Below, piece by piece: positions 23,181 through 37,339 of a stretch of DNA of 64,000 nucleotides. The DNA is from Felis catus (Eukaryota): NCBI RefSeq assembly GCF_018350175.1, contig NC_058368.1, positions 151,344,001-151,408,000 of the forward strand, read 5' to 3'. The position numbers were made by a program, and so were the translations under genes. The notes below the pieces were generated by a model, which searched no databases, was not told the origin of the DNA, and was given only the letters and a program-made list of their open reading frames with translations. Position 1 is the first letter of the stretch, and each line of letters begins with the position of its first letter.

Positions 23181-24139
23181 CTTGTTAGGTAGGTGGCTTT
23201 ATGATTATATTAAGCTTTTTGTGAGAGTGGCTCTTAATATGTGGAAGTCATTGAAAGTCCAGCCAAGCTTGAGACCAACCAAAGGGATATGGTTTGGCTT
23301 CATTATCTAAGCTGTGAGCCAAGCCGTCAAAAAGGATTGAACACATGTTAGGAGAAAAAATATATTAAGTGATGAGGTGGGTGTGACTGAGACCATAAAG
23401 AATCAATGCCACAATATTATTATTGGTTTGGCTCTTCATCATCTATAAACATTGAGCCTGGTTTGAGTGGTTCAGTTTCAGACTCATTGACAGTTTCTTC
23501 GTTTTACTTTTAAAATATTGGGCATATTAGGGAAAAGATTTACACATTTTTGTACTCTCTTTTAAAGTGTCACTATGCCCGGCTAATACATACTTCATAT
23601 ATCCTTGTCTTGTATTTTGTAAAGCATCTCCAGGTTTTTGATCTAATAAACATTGTGTTTTTCAAATCAAATTCAGTTTGAGATTGAATTAGATGGCAAA
23701 TAATGAAGTGGCTTTATCACATTGTACCAGGAACTTAGAGATTGGAAGCTTTGCCTGTATTCGTCTTTGTATTCCCAAGATCTGTGCTCCCTGAGATTAG
23801 TGGTGACCATGAGCAAAACCGTCCTCTATACTCATTTGGGTTCTTTGGGAAACACAATATTTCCATGAAAGAAATCCCAAAACATTCCTTTGGGAAGAAG
23901 CGTTGTGTTTGTGTTGCTTAGAACTTGAACCTCTTCTAGGGCTATGCCTGTCTTCTTTGGGTCAATAAGTCAGAAGCCAGTTAGGAAAAAAGAGAGGTAA
24001 CAATGATCGAGACCTTGTAGAAAACTGAAACAGTGTCTCTGATCAATAATGCAATCTACCAAGGTGGAGAGGGGAAAAAAAATGAAGGCCTGGTATCACA
24101 CGGAGACATTTTTTGGGGGGAAAAAAAAAGATAAATGAA

Positions 24140-24342
24140 GGCACCTGGGTGCCTTCAGTTAAGCATCCAACTTTGGCTTAGGTCAGGACCTCCTGGTTGG
24201 TGGGTTTGAGCCTTGTGTCGGGCTCTGTGCTGACAGCTTGGAGCCTGGAGCCTGCTTCAGATTCTGTGTCTCCCTCTCTGTCTTCCCCTGCCCTGCTCAC
24301 GCTTTGTCTCTTTCTCTCAAAAATAAAGAAACATTAAAAAAA
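24140..24342 (+). mobile_element. Feline Can-SINE, first unit of a tandem pair
   Basis: ggcacctgggtg head, CT tract, A tail; left TSD AAAGATAAATGAA 24127-24139. Confidence 0.93.
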
Positions 24343-24349
24343 AAAGATA

Positions 24350-24557
24350 GGGGAATCTGGGTGGCTCAGTCAGTTGTGCGTCTGACTTCGGCATAGGTCA
24401 TGATCTCACAGTTTGTGGGTTCAAGCCCCGCATCAGGCTCTGTGCTGACAGCTTGGAGCCTGGAGCTTGCTTCAGAGTCTGTGTCTCCCTCTCTCTCTGC
24501 TCTCCCCTGCTCTCATTCTGTCTCTCTCTCAAAAATAAAACATTAAAAATTTTTTTT
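24350..24557 (+). mobile_element. Feline Can-SINE, second unit of a tandem pair
   Basis: ggggaatctgggtggctcag head; flanked by AAAGATA (24343-24349) and AAAGATAAATGAA (24558-24570). Confidence 0.93.
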
Positions 24558-25901
24558 AAAGATAAATGAATGTTTCCCTAGAATATGTATCATTTTAAAT
24601 ATTTTCAGTCAAATTTCTCTAGTTTTTGCCATGTATCCTTTGCTATCCAGAGGGCATATGCCTTGTTTCTGTGAATAGATTTTTGTGAGGGCAGCATCTG
24701 TTTATATTTGTGTTTGTTTAGTGCCTAAGTTCAGTGCCTGGTATTTACTGAACTTTGCAATAACTTACTGAATAAGAGACTTTTGACCAATTGCAAGTAA
24801 GTACTCTCCGAATTATCATGGGAGTTTGTTCCTCCCATCCCCTCAGTTCTTGAATTCTGAACAGACTAAGACAACTTAGGTGTCCACAATTCTTTGTTTC
24901 CTCTGTTCAAACCTTCCCAACATGCTTTAACACCATCCTTTACAAATGTAAAGTTTTTCTAACCATCTTTTTCCTTTCGTAAGATTTATAATTTTCTTCA
25001 AATCTTTTGTTTTTATTTTTAGAGGTGATTTTAACATATCAGATAACTTGGAAGTGTCAGGCCAACTCATTCGTCTTGTTTCAGTTTAGAAAAATGCTAG
25101 CACCAAGTTCTCTTGCTGCCAAAGCATAGATTTCATGCTGTTCGTAGTCTTTCCTACCAAGGGGACAATATGCAGGCAATTGCCAGCACTCCTTTGGGAC
25201 TCCTGACAAAGGAATTTTATTATGCCCACTTTCAGTTGGATGCAGTGAAACCCTTGCCAGGGGCATGGCAGTGGCTACTGCTCATGTCCCAGAATTGCTG
25301 TGTGGTCAGGTCAGGGCTTTTCTCTTAATACTTGCTGGGTCAGACTTTCTTGTGGGTTTGTGTGTGGGAGGCAAGGCAGACACTGTGTCAAGGACAGGCC
25401 CTCTGCCTCTTGTGTAGGGAAATTACTGCCACATGAAAGTAGGGCAGGAAGCCAGGACTGTCCCGAAGCCTTGGCTTTCAGATATTTTGCGTCCTCTCCG
25501 GTGAACAAGAGCATTTGTACTGGGGCTAGAGAATTGTGTTCCTGGAACATGAGCTCCCTACTGCCATCCTCTCCCAAGTTGAAAGTCAGGCATCTTTGGA
25601 TGCCACATTAAGTCATGTATTGTGACCAGACTGCCTGAGGGAATTCAGCCATCGAAAAGGTTGCCTATCTTAGCTCTGTATATAAAGTTACCCATCTAAG
25701 TTAGGAGTAAATGTTTCCATCAAATCTAATTGTCCCTTCCTGGGCACACAGAATCTTTTTAGCAAGAACTATAACCAACACTACTAATTCAGTGTGAATT
25801 GTATATAAGTTCCTATTTGAACTGAAAAGAACCCAGAAGCGGCTATTAGTGTCCTTCAGGGGATGGTAAAAGTATAGATTCACGTCAAAAATACACCATG
25901 T

Positions 25902-26130
25902 GGGGCTCCTGGGTGGCTCAGTTGGTTAAGCATCTGACTTCAGCTCAGGTCATGATCTCATGGTCGGTGAGTTCGAGCCCGGCATTGGGCTCTGTGCTGG
26001 CAGCTCAGAGTCTGGAGCCTGCTTCAGATTCTGTGTGTCCCTCTCTCTCTCTCTTTCTCTACCCCTCCCCCACTCACACGCTGTCTCTTTCTCTCAAAAA
26101 TGAATAAATGTTTAAAAAAATTAAAAAAAA
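25902..26130 (+). mobile_element. Feline Can-SINE
   Basis: TSD TACACCATG at 25892-25900 and 26133-26141. Confidence 0.95.
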
Positions 26131-26899
26131 ATTACACCATGCATGTTGTAAAGACTGACCAGATCAAAGATCTTTGATTCCACTTTCAAAGGAGTAGCCG
26201 TGTGAAATATAGGCTTAATACCTGAAAGTTGATTAAATACAGAGATAATGGTGTATAATAATTATAGCTACGTATTATGTAATACAGACTAACTAGTTAA
26301 TAAACTCAGAAGTTTAATTGGATCAAACTATTTATATATGAAAATAATCACCCCCTGGTTGAAAATTATAACTTTTATTTGGGGAATCGAAGAGTCATCT
26401 GATGAGAGTGAAAACTATCTCTTCAGGAAGGAACTCAGGCAGTTCTCATCATCCTTGTGACCAATACTTTCATCCGTAGGTGCTTTGATTTTAAAAAGAT
26501 AAGGGAGCAATGATAATCAGATAGACTCTGCATTACTAGAAGAACCTCGAAATTAAGAGGGTGCTATGTAGAGGATTTCTGCTGCTAGTAGAGAATAATT
26601 TCCTCTGCCTTTGCATTATTCATCTCATGTAAATTTTGTTAAAGTTCATCACTGTGATTATTATTTCATTTATCACATTTTATATGTTTAGAGCACAATT
26701 TCCACAGTAGGATCTTTTTTTCTTTCCAGACTAACATAAATATATGTATTCTTAATGGAAAAAGGAACCTTTTTAGAAGAACGTGCCTGACACATATCAC
26801 CTGAGCTCATTGCATTCAGAACTTACTGCAGCATGACCATCCTCTATCATGAAGTCTAGAAGTGGGCTTTTTAGGCCATGCACCATGTACTTATGCACC

Positions 26900-27070
26900 T
26901 GCAACAGATGATTTAATATGCTCACAACTACCCTGTGAGATGGGAACAATAATCCTCAGTTTGATGACTGAGATTCTTGGGTTCATTGACTTCCTCAGAT
27001 TTACACAACTACTAGAATGGGAGAGCCAGGACTCCAAACCAGGGTTCTCTGATGGTAGAATCCATATTAT
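26900..27070 (-). mobile_element. MIR SINE
   Basis: atttaatatgctcacaactaccctgtgagatggg...gactgag...tgacttcctcagatttacacaacta...gagccaggactccaaaccaggg. Confidence 0.75.
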
Positions 27071-27199
27071 TTTTACAGTCACATTCAGTGCAAGGGAATT
27101 CAGCCTCCTGGTAAGAAATCCTGGGTTTTGAAGGGTCCAAAATGAAGATATACCTAGTTGGAATGACTCTGACAGTGTCCTGAAACTGCTCTGTGAGTC

Positions 27200-27650
27200 C
27201 TCTTGGAACTGTCCTGACTGGGTGAGTTTTGTAGATTCATTTAACTTCAGCATTGGGAAGAGGCTGAAAGATCATCCAGCCTAACTCCCAAGAGGCTGCC
27301 TGTGCTGGACACTGTCTAAGTTCTCTTGAGGCAATCAGTTCATTCTTTGTTGGGAAAGCACAACGCATTAGAAGTTCTTTATATTCAGCCAGAATAAGCT
27401 ACAGAATAAGCCTGATCCATTTTCGGCATAATAGTCCTAAAGATATTTGAAGGGAATTCCAGATTCCCTCTATTTTTTTCTGAGCTCAGTCCCAATGCTT
27501 TCAACTGCACTCTGTAGGATATGATTGTATTTTTTTTGACCCTGTATTCTGTTCCCTGAGTGCTGTGCAGTCTTATAAGGTAGCATTAAGATCTAAGCAC
27601 AAAGCATCCAGGATGGATGTAACCAGTGCACACTGGAATAGGACCATCAC
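27200..27650 (-). mobile_element. L3/CR1-like fragment
   Basis: gggaagaggctgaaagatcatccagcctaactcc...attagaagttctttatattcagcc...agatatttgaag antisense CR1 3' features. Confidence 0.5.
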
Positions 27651-28744
27651 ATAGGGAATTTCACATTTGGAAACCACACAAAGTGTTGTGATTTAATTCT
27701 AGCTGAGCTTCCTTCAAATTAACCCCTCACCCCAAAAGATGAAGGTCTCAGTCTGCCTCCAAACTCAAGAATCCTGAAATCTTGCTATAGCTACAGGAAA
27801 GAACCCTTAGGGAAGAGAGTCAAAGAGCACATTTGTTTCTAGCAAAACAGGCAAGGAGATGGAGAGGCAGGTTTTAGCATAGTAGGTACTTGTCACATAC
27901 TCTGATGCTCTAAACTTGTCTTTGAGTCTTAATGGGGATAAGGTGTGGAGTGACCTGTCAGAAGTAAATGAATAGAAACTGTATTTTCTCAAATGTTTAA
28001 GGGATATTAAGAGACAGAAGTCACTGCTTCTTCAGACTGACTCTGATTCCGATGTAAGGGTCAGTGATTTTGTTCATCTGTTAGTTCTTGCAGTACCCTG
28101 GGACATAATTCATTATGGCCAGAATGGATTTGCTGTACATAGGAGTCATACTTCTAACCTGCCATGTCCATAGGTATGTGAGGATCTAGGATGAAGCTGA
28201 GAGAATTCTATCCTGCTGGTTCATACTCAGAAGGTGGGAATATATTTTTTTGTATCTTTTGGAGCATATGTATGGGTATTATTGGCACACAATGAATTTT
28301 CTATTCCTTTTGTGAAATGTAAGATGACAGAATAATTTCCAAAAGGGTAAATTGAATACATGGATAGTATATTATGTTCCATTTCAATTAGTAGAATAGG
28401 TATAAAATTTGTATGAAAATATAATCAGATATTTATTTGTTGCAATGAGTTTTGATACTCCTAATAGACAGCTGGAGGGTATTCAGTACTCTGTGGATCA
28501 GATTGGAATTAGTGACCTAAGTTGTAAAACCCCCTGTTTCATGTTCATCAAGAATATCATTGTATTTAAATTTCTGGTACATTAAAAGGTAAAACAAATC
28601 ATATTTTTATTTTAAAGGATTGTTTTGATCTTTTATAATATAATAGCATGCATCTTTCAACAATTTAAGAATAAATGGAAGAAAAAGTCTTAAAAGTAAA
28701 GTCCTTTAAGACATCTGAATTTGAGATGTAAACATTTTCACACC

Positions 28745-28747
<3 letters not shown>

Positions 28748-28783
<36 letters not shown>
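28748..28783. repeat. (GT)n microsatellite
   Basis: Direct observation. Confidence 0.98.
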
Positions 28784-28786
<3 letters not shown>

Positions 28787-29956
28787 AACTTTATCTCTTC
28801 AAAGCTGTGTTTAGAGATGAGGTAGGAAGGCATACACGCACCTGTTTTGCACTGACGAATTTCAAGAGGCATTTTATATGGGGGTGAAATAATTGGGCCC
28901 ATTAAAAAATTGGTATATTTTTATCCTGAAAAAAGCCCTGCAATGTTTCTGTATGTGGGCTTGCCAAAAGTGCCCATATTTCCCACCTCCTTAACATAAA
29001 TCTAACTCATATATTCTGTGCCCAAGCACCCATGCACAGAAAGATTCTGAAAGGGAAAATTCTTGAAAGACACAGAACAAAGAAAGAGAAGAAGAGTCCT
29101 TTAACTGTAAAGCTGTAATTTATTAAGTGTCTTTAGAATCCATGTAAGGGGCCTTTCTCTTTTTGTTCTTCTCTTGTAGGTCTCTAAGCCCACTGATGAC
29201 AGGAAAATCTTCAGTGGTTCCAGAGACAAGCTGCTGGAAATCCTGCACATTTATCTTCTAGAAGGAAGTGAGCTGAGTAGGATAGTGGTACCTTCAGAAG
29301 GTACCTACCCCAAAACTTGAAAGAACTCCAAAGTAAACCATGTCCATTTCTGGGACCCTAAAGTGGCTCATGAAAGTCAGGGTCCACTTGCTTAAGGTTA
29401 GGTGATTTCAAGCCTTGAGATTTTAAGGGGAGAGTGAAGGTGGGAAAGGGGATGGTGAATAGATTGTGAGAACTTATCAAATAATAGGACGTCTCTTTAA
29501 TTCCAAGCATCATGTTCTAGTTCACATTGTATCTTTCAATTAAAAAAAGGAAAAGGAAATGTGTCTTTTTTAAAACAGATATTTTACTCTATTAGTATTC
29601 AGTACATAATATATGAGTGCACATTCATCATTCATTAGATCTAGGTAGATCACAACCTAATTTACAAATTCAAAAGCATAAGTCGGATCAACTCAATTGC
29701 TCAAGGCCATATATTCGTAAGCCAGGAGTATGCACTGAATATTTCCTGTCCTTGGACTGCTGTACTGGGCAATGCTGCTTTTCTATAAGAATTTGTTCAT
29801 ATGTTGAATTTAACACAGTTTTGCTTAGCAGTTTATAACACTTCACCTATGTGCACTTGTGTAATATAAAGTATAAAATTAAGTCAATGATCTACAAAAT
29901 TCAGAGCAAAGTAATCTAAATCATGTGGATCTTCCTAGAGATTCTGATTTCTTTTT

Positions 29957-30160
29957 TTTTAATTACACAATTTTTTAAATGTTTACTTATTTTTGAGAGA
30001 GAGAGAGGGGGTGGGAGGGGCAGAAAGAGAGGGAGACACAGGATCCGAAGCAAGCTCTAGGTTCTGAGCTGTCAGAAAAGTGCCTGACATGGGGCTCGAA
30101 CTCAGAACTGTGAACTATGACTTGAACTGAAGTCGGACACTTAACCACACAGCAGCCCCA
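29957..30160 (-). mobile_element. Feline Can-SINE with damaged head
   Basis: TSD ATTTCTTTTT at 29947-29956 and 30161-30170. Confidence 0.92.
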
Positions 30161-32837
30161 ATTTCTTTTTAACCTGAAAAAATAGGTAATTACTCGATAG
30201 CCTTAGCTCTAAGATATATCTGACAGGCTATTTTTATTTGTTTGGTTTTCAGAAATCATATCCATGCGTTCTGCCCTCTGTAGTTTTTAGCAAAATGAAT
30301 CAAAGCCACTCTGTACCCAAAGATAACACCAGTGTTGTCTTTTTTTTCCTCCTAAACATTGCAGTGCTTTACTTAAAGTGCTATGCAGTAAATTTACAGG
30401 GAAAGAAAAATTTTATTAAATTATAACTGAGAGGAGCTGATTTTTTTACATAGCAAACAAAAAATTCCTTCATGAAAGGCTATAAAACCCATATTATTTA
30501 CCAGAGAGACCTTTCCTGTCTCCCAGGTAAACACTTACAGTGTGTAGACTTGTGTAAATACATATTTAGGAGTGGCTAAATATGGCGAGGTATTTTTAAA
30601 GGTGTATTTACAAAGCTGAATACATATATTGGCATTTCGGTATGTGGAAGTCGTGTATGCTGTTCTGCCGTCTATTCAAAATTCTAGCAGGACTCTGGTA
30701 GATACACCTTGGATAATGGGACTGAGTTTCAAAACATTCATCTTTAATCACAATTACTAAGGACAGGTCCTTAAATCATTTCAAAAGGGTGAAAATTTTC
30801 AACTAATGGAATTCGGGTCCTTCTTGCCAGTTTGACTTGAGAAAAATTGTTCCAGAAATGTGGCATCATTAGCGGAAGCAGATCTCCTTTCTGAACATCT
30901 TTGTGCATAAAATAACTGCCATTTCACATTCGGTTTAGAATGTTACCAAATAGTCAAAGATACAGTTCATTTGATGGATGGGTCAGCCAGGAAATTTTAG
31001 TTAAGAGGGGAAATATCATCAAGATATTTTTAAAATACTTTAAAACACATGAAAATGTAAGTGATAAACGCTGTCTGTTGCTAATTCAATAGCAGGAAGC
31101 TTCCTATGATAATGTAGTGAAGCTCTGTCCAGAGGATTCCCAGTGTCTACGTTCCTTTTTTACTTCTTGGGAAATGTGTCTGTGAGGAAAAGAATGCGAT
31201 CGTAACAGAGGTTGTAGACGCATGAAAGAGCACTACGACCTCAGCTTCTGTTGTCTGCTGCGCCTCAGATTGAATGAGGATCCCATTTGTGTAAAAGCCT
31301 GTTTTAAGATAGACAAGTTGAGAGTCTAAATAGCTCTAGAGCTTGGACTATCTCAGGAGCCTTTGGCTAAGAAGTCTAAACAATGCTGCTATTTCATTTT
31401 TAATGCAGCTTTTTCTAAATGCTCTCAATATCCTCCAGTGGAGTAATTGAAAATCTTATTATGAGAAACCATGTGGGGACAAAGATTATTCAATCAGTGA
31501 AATGATTTCTCCAGTAAATTTGAACTGGGCTGAGTTTTTTAACTTTACAAAAATATACATCATATGTACAGGTCTTTCCCTAGGTCCTAGCACCCCAGAT
31601 TTGGGTTAAACCTGCTGGGTTCTAGAACTTTAAATTAAAACAAACAAATAAATATGTAAATAAGTAAAGTTTATTTAAAAATATTCTGCCAGTGCTATAA
31701 GGCCTCTGGAATGTAGAAACTTCTCATATATGTGCTGACACAATTTTAGCTTTAACTGTGAATGGTTGCACTCTCTACATATTACTTGTACCAGTATTTT
31801 AGACTTGCAAAAAACAAGCTTTTCTGGCAAGAGACAATCCTTGTTTCAGATTTTTTTTTTAAATATACGAGCAGGCACAAACACCTTCACATTACGATTT
31901 TTATTAGTGTTATCCCATCTTTAATTTTATTCTATGGCTAAGTATCTCATTTCCAAGTAAACTTCCATTAGGAACAGAAATTGCTGACACCACATCTACT
32001 GACAGAAATGCCACAACATAAATTATGCCAAGAAAATGCCGCTTTGGGTGGGGGGCATGGTAGGGGGAACTTAGTCAGATAAAAAGCCACTGTGCTACTG
32101 CCCAGCCTGCAACTCTGTCCCGCTGACCACTGATAAAATTTATCACAGGGCCACATACGGGAAGGCAGCTTAAAGAGTCGTCGTCTGTGGTAAAACGTGT
32201 AACAGCAAAACAGCTAATGGAGCATTATTACTTTATTGGAAAGCAATATCTCTGGAGGCTTCACTTTTCTAGCTTTAGCAAGTGTATGAATTGTTCTATA
32301 TGCAGAAGAGCTGATATGAAGGAAAAAATGGGTTATCAGAACTCTGAATGATGGCAATGGGCATTTCCAGGGCTCACCAGTTCACCACTCTGCCCAGTAC
32401 ACTTAAGGAGCAAAAGGGTAAATGAGTCCCAACAAAGTTAAAAACCAATCTGAATTTTCACTCTTAAAAGAATGCTGATCTATAATGCTAATGGTTTCTT
32501 TGTGAAGAAGCAGTCTTGTGTCTTGTAAATTCCTGGCTAATTGTTGTCAAAATTCAGTCCTGGCCTTAGTAGAAATGTAGTAAGTAGAAAGTAGAAATAT
32601 CCAGATTCCACTAGTAAAAGGAATCTCATTCACCAAGATATTTAAAAACTTTGTCATTGGATGGGGCTTATTTTGGGGGGTTGGAAAGAAAGAGCTTGGC
32701 ATCTTTACAGTAACAATTGAACGACCAGAAGGGTTACTAATAAAAATGATTAGGTGGTGTGGTGCTTTAAATGACAGGGAAGAGGGCATTTCAAAGAGGT
32801 GAAGGAGACTAATTGTTATCACTTGCTGCTCGAATGA

Positions 32838-33100
32838 GGGAGAGTGACGTCACCAAGATGGCGACCGAGGTTGTTCTTGACTTCTCCTCTCCTCGCGAGA
32901 GGAACAAGTCACAAGTATTTAGGAACGAGACATCGCTAGAACTTGGGAGTGAGGCCGAAGCTCCCCCGGCCCTGCACCACAGAGACCCAGACAGACTCCG
33001 TTAGAAAGGTAAGAGAAGCGGCTACAATGACTGCATTGCCTCTCCCCGAGATTGGTGCGGCACCACACTGAGAGGTCTCACCTGAGCCTCCACTAGGAAA
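32838..33100 (+). mobile_element. Isolated L1 5' UTR/promoter-like fragment with CRE and YY1 motifs
   Basis: gggagagTGACGTCAcCAAGATGGCG (CRE 32845-32852, YY1 32854-32863) resembles L1 5' termini; locally CpG-rich; no ORF1/ORF2 follows. Confidence 0.55.
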
Positions 33101-33676
33101 ATGATTGGCGTACCAGAGGATTTATTGCTCTTATTTGCTACCCATGAGCTATGTTTTAAAACTTACGTAATTGCACATGCAAAACGCCACTATACTTTGC
33201 CCCTCCTACACAACATGTGTCTCCACCTCTGAGCTTTTGTCCATTCCTACATGTTTTTTGAAGAAGTCAGGGATTTCGGATGGACTGCCTTCAGTTAAGG
33301 TAAGAGAAACCACGTTGCCACCTGATGGGGTCACGCTTTGCTAAATTTGATCATAACTGCAAAGCACGTTGGTAAGAGAGCAAAGTTTTCCTCTTTTACT
33401 GTCAACCTCAAGCAAAGAACCTCACATCATCACATCAATCTTTTTTTTTTTTCCTTTTTGTCAGTTGTTAATGCCATGTTTATATAACCCCTTTTGGTAG
33501 CTGCTTGTGTACCTAGCCCCTACAGTTTCTTGGGTTAATATTTCATGTTTACTACGTGAAGTTTAAAGTAGTACTTTATTTTTCCTAAATGCATCTCATT
33601 CAAGCTGTAAGGGAAATTATTTTAATATCTAAATCACCAGGATTTGGTGATAATAAATGTTACTGTTTATCAAATT

Positions 33677-33678
<2 letters not shown>

Positions 33679-33710
<32 letters not shown>
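33679..33710. repeat. (AT)16 microsatellite
   Basis: Direct observation. Confidence 0.98.
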
Positions 33711-33716
<6 letters not shown>

Positions 33717-33739
33717 CAGGCACTGTTTAGGAGCCTTCT

Positions 33740-33955
33740 TTTTTTTTAAATTTTCTTTTTAACGTTTATTTGTTATTGAGAGACAGAGAGTGAGCAGGGG
33801 AGGGGCAGAGAGAGAGGGAGACACAGAATCCCAAGCAGGCTCCAGGCTCTGAGCTGTCAGCACAGAGCCCGACATGGGGCTTGAACTCACAAACTGCGAG
33901 ATGGTGACCTGATCTGAAGTTGGTCGCTTAACCAACTGAGCCACTCAGGTGCCCC
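33740..33955 (-). mobile_element. Feline Can-SINE inserted into an antisense MIR (~33712-34090)
   Basis: Antisense SINE; flanks ccaggcactgtt...tatgtattaactcatttagtcctc...tgaggtttagagaagtt...ccaggccacgtagctggt are MIR-like. Confidence 0.93.
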
Positions 33956-36900
33956 AAGGAGTAATTCTATGTATTAACTCATTTAGTCCTCAAAAAACCC
34001 TAGGAAGTTATTATTTTCTTCATTTTAGGAGATTGGATTTTGAGGTTTAGAGAAGTTGGTACTTTATCCCAGGCCACGTAGCTGGTAGACTTCATTCATT
34101 GGAATATAATAATTTGGGTTTTATGTGTAGATGACTTTTTTTTCAAGGTAAGATTGCAAACTATGGACAGCATAAAGCAGGTAGTTTTACTTTGTCTTTC
34201 ATGGGCACAATGAATAGCATTAGAGTGTGTGGAGGTATGGGCTATATGTTGCCTTTTACTATTAACAGAGGGACATTCAGAAAGTCCCTTAACCTCTTTG
34301 GGCCTCAAGTATTTTAGGAAGGAAAAATAATCCCTTTGCAGTGTGAAGACAGAGGGATGGATCAATTGGTCTCTGTAGCTTTTTTTCTGGGTTTTAAGAT
34401 GCTGCTGACAAATGACAAAGAATAATAGAGCTGTCAGGATACAGAGCCAAGCCACCCAGAATCTACCTGTCTCTGACATTGGTCTTGCTACTATAGTCAA
34501 CAATATAATGTTGAAATAACAGGTGCTTTATATAAATCGACAAAGCGACCTAGAAGAAAAGGGAAATAGGTAATGAACCTGCAAAGAACACTCATTATGA
34601 TGGCACCAGCATCAGCTGACTCTGTGGTCTTAGTCAATGTGCTCACCAAGTGCCTTTGAGAGTCTCTGTTTAGAAAATGGAAGAAGAAATTGATGATGGA
34701 ACATTTAACTTCTGTGAGCCAAAATGGATCATTAATTGTCTTTAATGAGTGAGGAATGTAGACTTCAGGGTACCTGATTTCTAGTTGCATGTATCATTTC
34801 TGGAAAAAAAAAAGTCTTCATTCATGCCAACTTTTATTGCAAAAACTAAAGCTAATTTAGGATATTGAAGAAAGGTCCTGATAGATAAGTTTGATGGTTA
34901 TGACTGAGAAAGCACCAAGGAGATGACTCCCTCACGAAGGGAAGAGGCAATTGAGACTAGGAGGCAGGAAAACTAGATTGCAATTCCTCATTTATCAAGA
35001 ATGAACATGTAAACGTTTTTTTTTTTTTTTTTTTCCAATTCTCCTGTTTATGGTGTTCTTTTCTATTCCTTGGTCCTGAGACTCGGGACTTCAGTCTTTT
35101 ATCAGCCAGAAAAGAAAGGGATTTGGGAATAGACTGGAAACAAGTTTAGTGAGGATTTCTGATTATAGAATGAAAATGGTATAGGAGGTCATTTCTATTT
35201 GGTCCTAGTAATAACCCATGAAATAAAGGAAGGGCAGTACAAGTAGGTTTTCCCTGTATTGTGGGTAGTAAGAGTTCATATAAGGCAGATATCCATTGGG
35301 TCATTATGCTTGAATCTAATGGTAATTGTTTGAATTGAAGGATTTGTGTACAGATATCACTAGATCCCATAACCACAGTGACATTTATAGATATTTTACA
35401 TTCAAGAGAGGACAGATTAGGAAAAATAAGAAGGAGGGGAGAAGTGGTTAAAAACAATGAATAACACACAAAAAACACAGTAGTAGAAAAATAGAAATTA
35501 CCGAGGTGTTTCCTACTTATTACGTTCACAATTTCCTATTATTTCATGGCTTTCTTTCTTTAGACTAAACCTTGTGAGTATCCCATTTACACTACATTCT
35601 GGAAATAGAAAGGAGGAAAGCCTCCTTCTCTCCCAACCTGCCTCCCACACTTTTAATATTCTGTGAATTTGACCCATTTATCACCTGGAAGGTATGGTTT
35701 CTTATTGGGAAACTTAAAGGATCTTATGTAAGCAAACTGCAGTCAGCACAAGGGAGCCCTCACATCATCTGTCTCACTCTTCCTTTAATTTGGGAAAGAT
35801 AACCTTTGAAAATCAGGTGTCTAATGCTAAAATAAGGTCTGTGACCAAGCATAAGGCTACAACTCCTAAGGTGTCTCTTGTCAGTGGAGGACGGCACTGT
35901 AACCTCTTTCTGAGGTGACAGGATAGACTTCATGTTTAGTAGAACGGTGAGGTTTGGAGGAGTGCCTCAGGAATCTCAGGGTTGTCCTAGGGACAATGTA
36001 ACCTCATTTTGACATGGCCAATGTATCATATTAGAATATTGGAAACCAACTTATTTTCTTCCAAAATTTTGGCCCGTGTAAGTATTATTATGCCTTTTGC
36101 GGTTCAAAACAAATCATTGTCTTTCCCAATTTCATGTTAGTTGTGTTCAGCATCCCTTAAATTCTTCATATGGGGAGGGGGTAATAGAGTGTCTTTGGTT
36201 AGTCAACCTGGCAATAAAGTTCATGGGACTGTCACTGGGAAATTCAATTATGGAAAATAGGCAGTTGTGGCCAAAAAAAAAAAAAAAATCTTGAGGCAAC
36301 TGTACACATTATTGGTTTTCTTTTCTGGATATGAATTTTTTTTTTAATGAAGAGACAGAAAACAGACTACCAATTGAATATGGTAATTGAATGGTGGTTT
36401 CCTAAACTTTCCAAAAACTGCTGGCCTATCATAATTTTAACAATTTCACGTAGGTTTTTTTTTTTCACTTTTTAAAAAATTTTTTTTAACTCCAGAGATT
36501 TCTCTGTTTCTAAATCTGGCTTAAAAAGAGATTTTTCTAATTACAATTATGCTCTCTCTCATACCATGTTAAAACTTACTTATACTAGAGTAGTAAATCC
36601 TGCAAATAGCAAATACTTTAATGTGGTTTCTCATCCAACAATAGTTTATAATAAGGTACTAGCAGATGATGAATGTGGCTATGCAATATTCCCTAAACAT
36701 TTGGAAATTTAAAAAAAATTTATGGAGGAATTTCTTCTCTTCCACACGAATCAGTGGTATTTCCCCCATACTAAGACATTTCAACTTGTGTGACAAATTA
36801 TCATTTAACTAATTTCTTACGGTGGAGCAAATTGACCAAACAGATCCTGGCTTCCCAAATGTTTCTGAAAGGACAGCTCTCTAAACAGATAATGCATAGA

Positions 36901-37339
36901 TATTTCATAAAGACATACAAACAATTTAAAGCTCAGTGTTCAAGATTTCAGTTATTTTGGTGGATCCATTAGGAGAACTTTGTTGGAAGGATTCTTGGAG
37001 TAGCTCCAGGCAGGGTTACACTTGTTTTAGGTTTAAGGAGCAACATAGTGTACTGTTTTCAAAACTGATGGAGATGGTACTTTGGAAAAAAAGTTTTTTT
37101 CATGTTGTTATCACTGCCATTTCAACACATTGGATTTTTAAAAGAATTTCTCCACAAGCCATTTGTTATCTTGAGAGTCAGTCTGCAATTTGGGTAGTAT
37201 TCACCACATAGCTTGAACCTGATAAGCAGAGACAATCTGCCCAGACAAAACTATCTTTGAAAATCAGTGATATTGCTAGAAAGAGTTATCTGCACTCCCT
37301 CTCTATATTCCTTCACCTCCTACTCAAGTCCTCAACCTA

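Noticed and set aside
29161..29400. Strong splice acceptor (cttctcttgtag) as a coding exon
   Set aside because: No convincing reading frame or partner exons; a non-coding exon cannot be excluded or shown.
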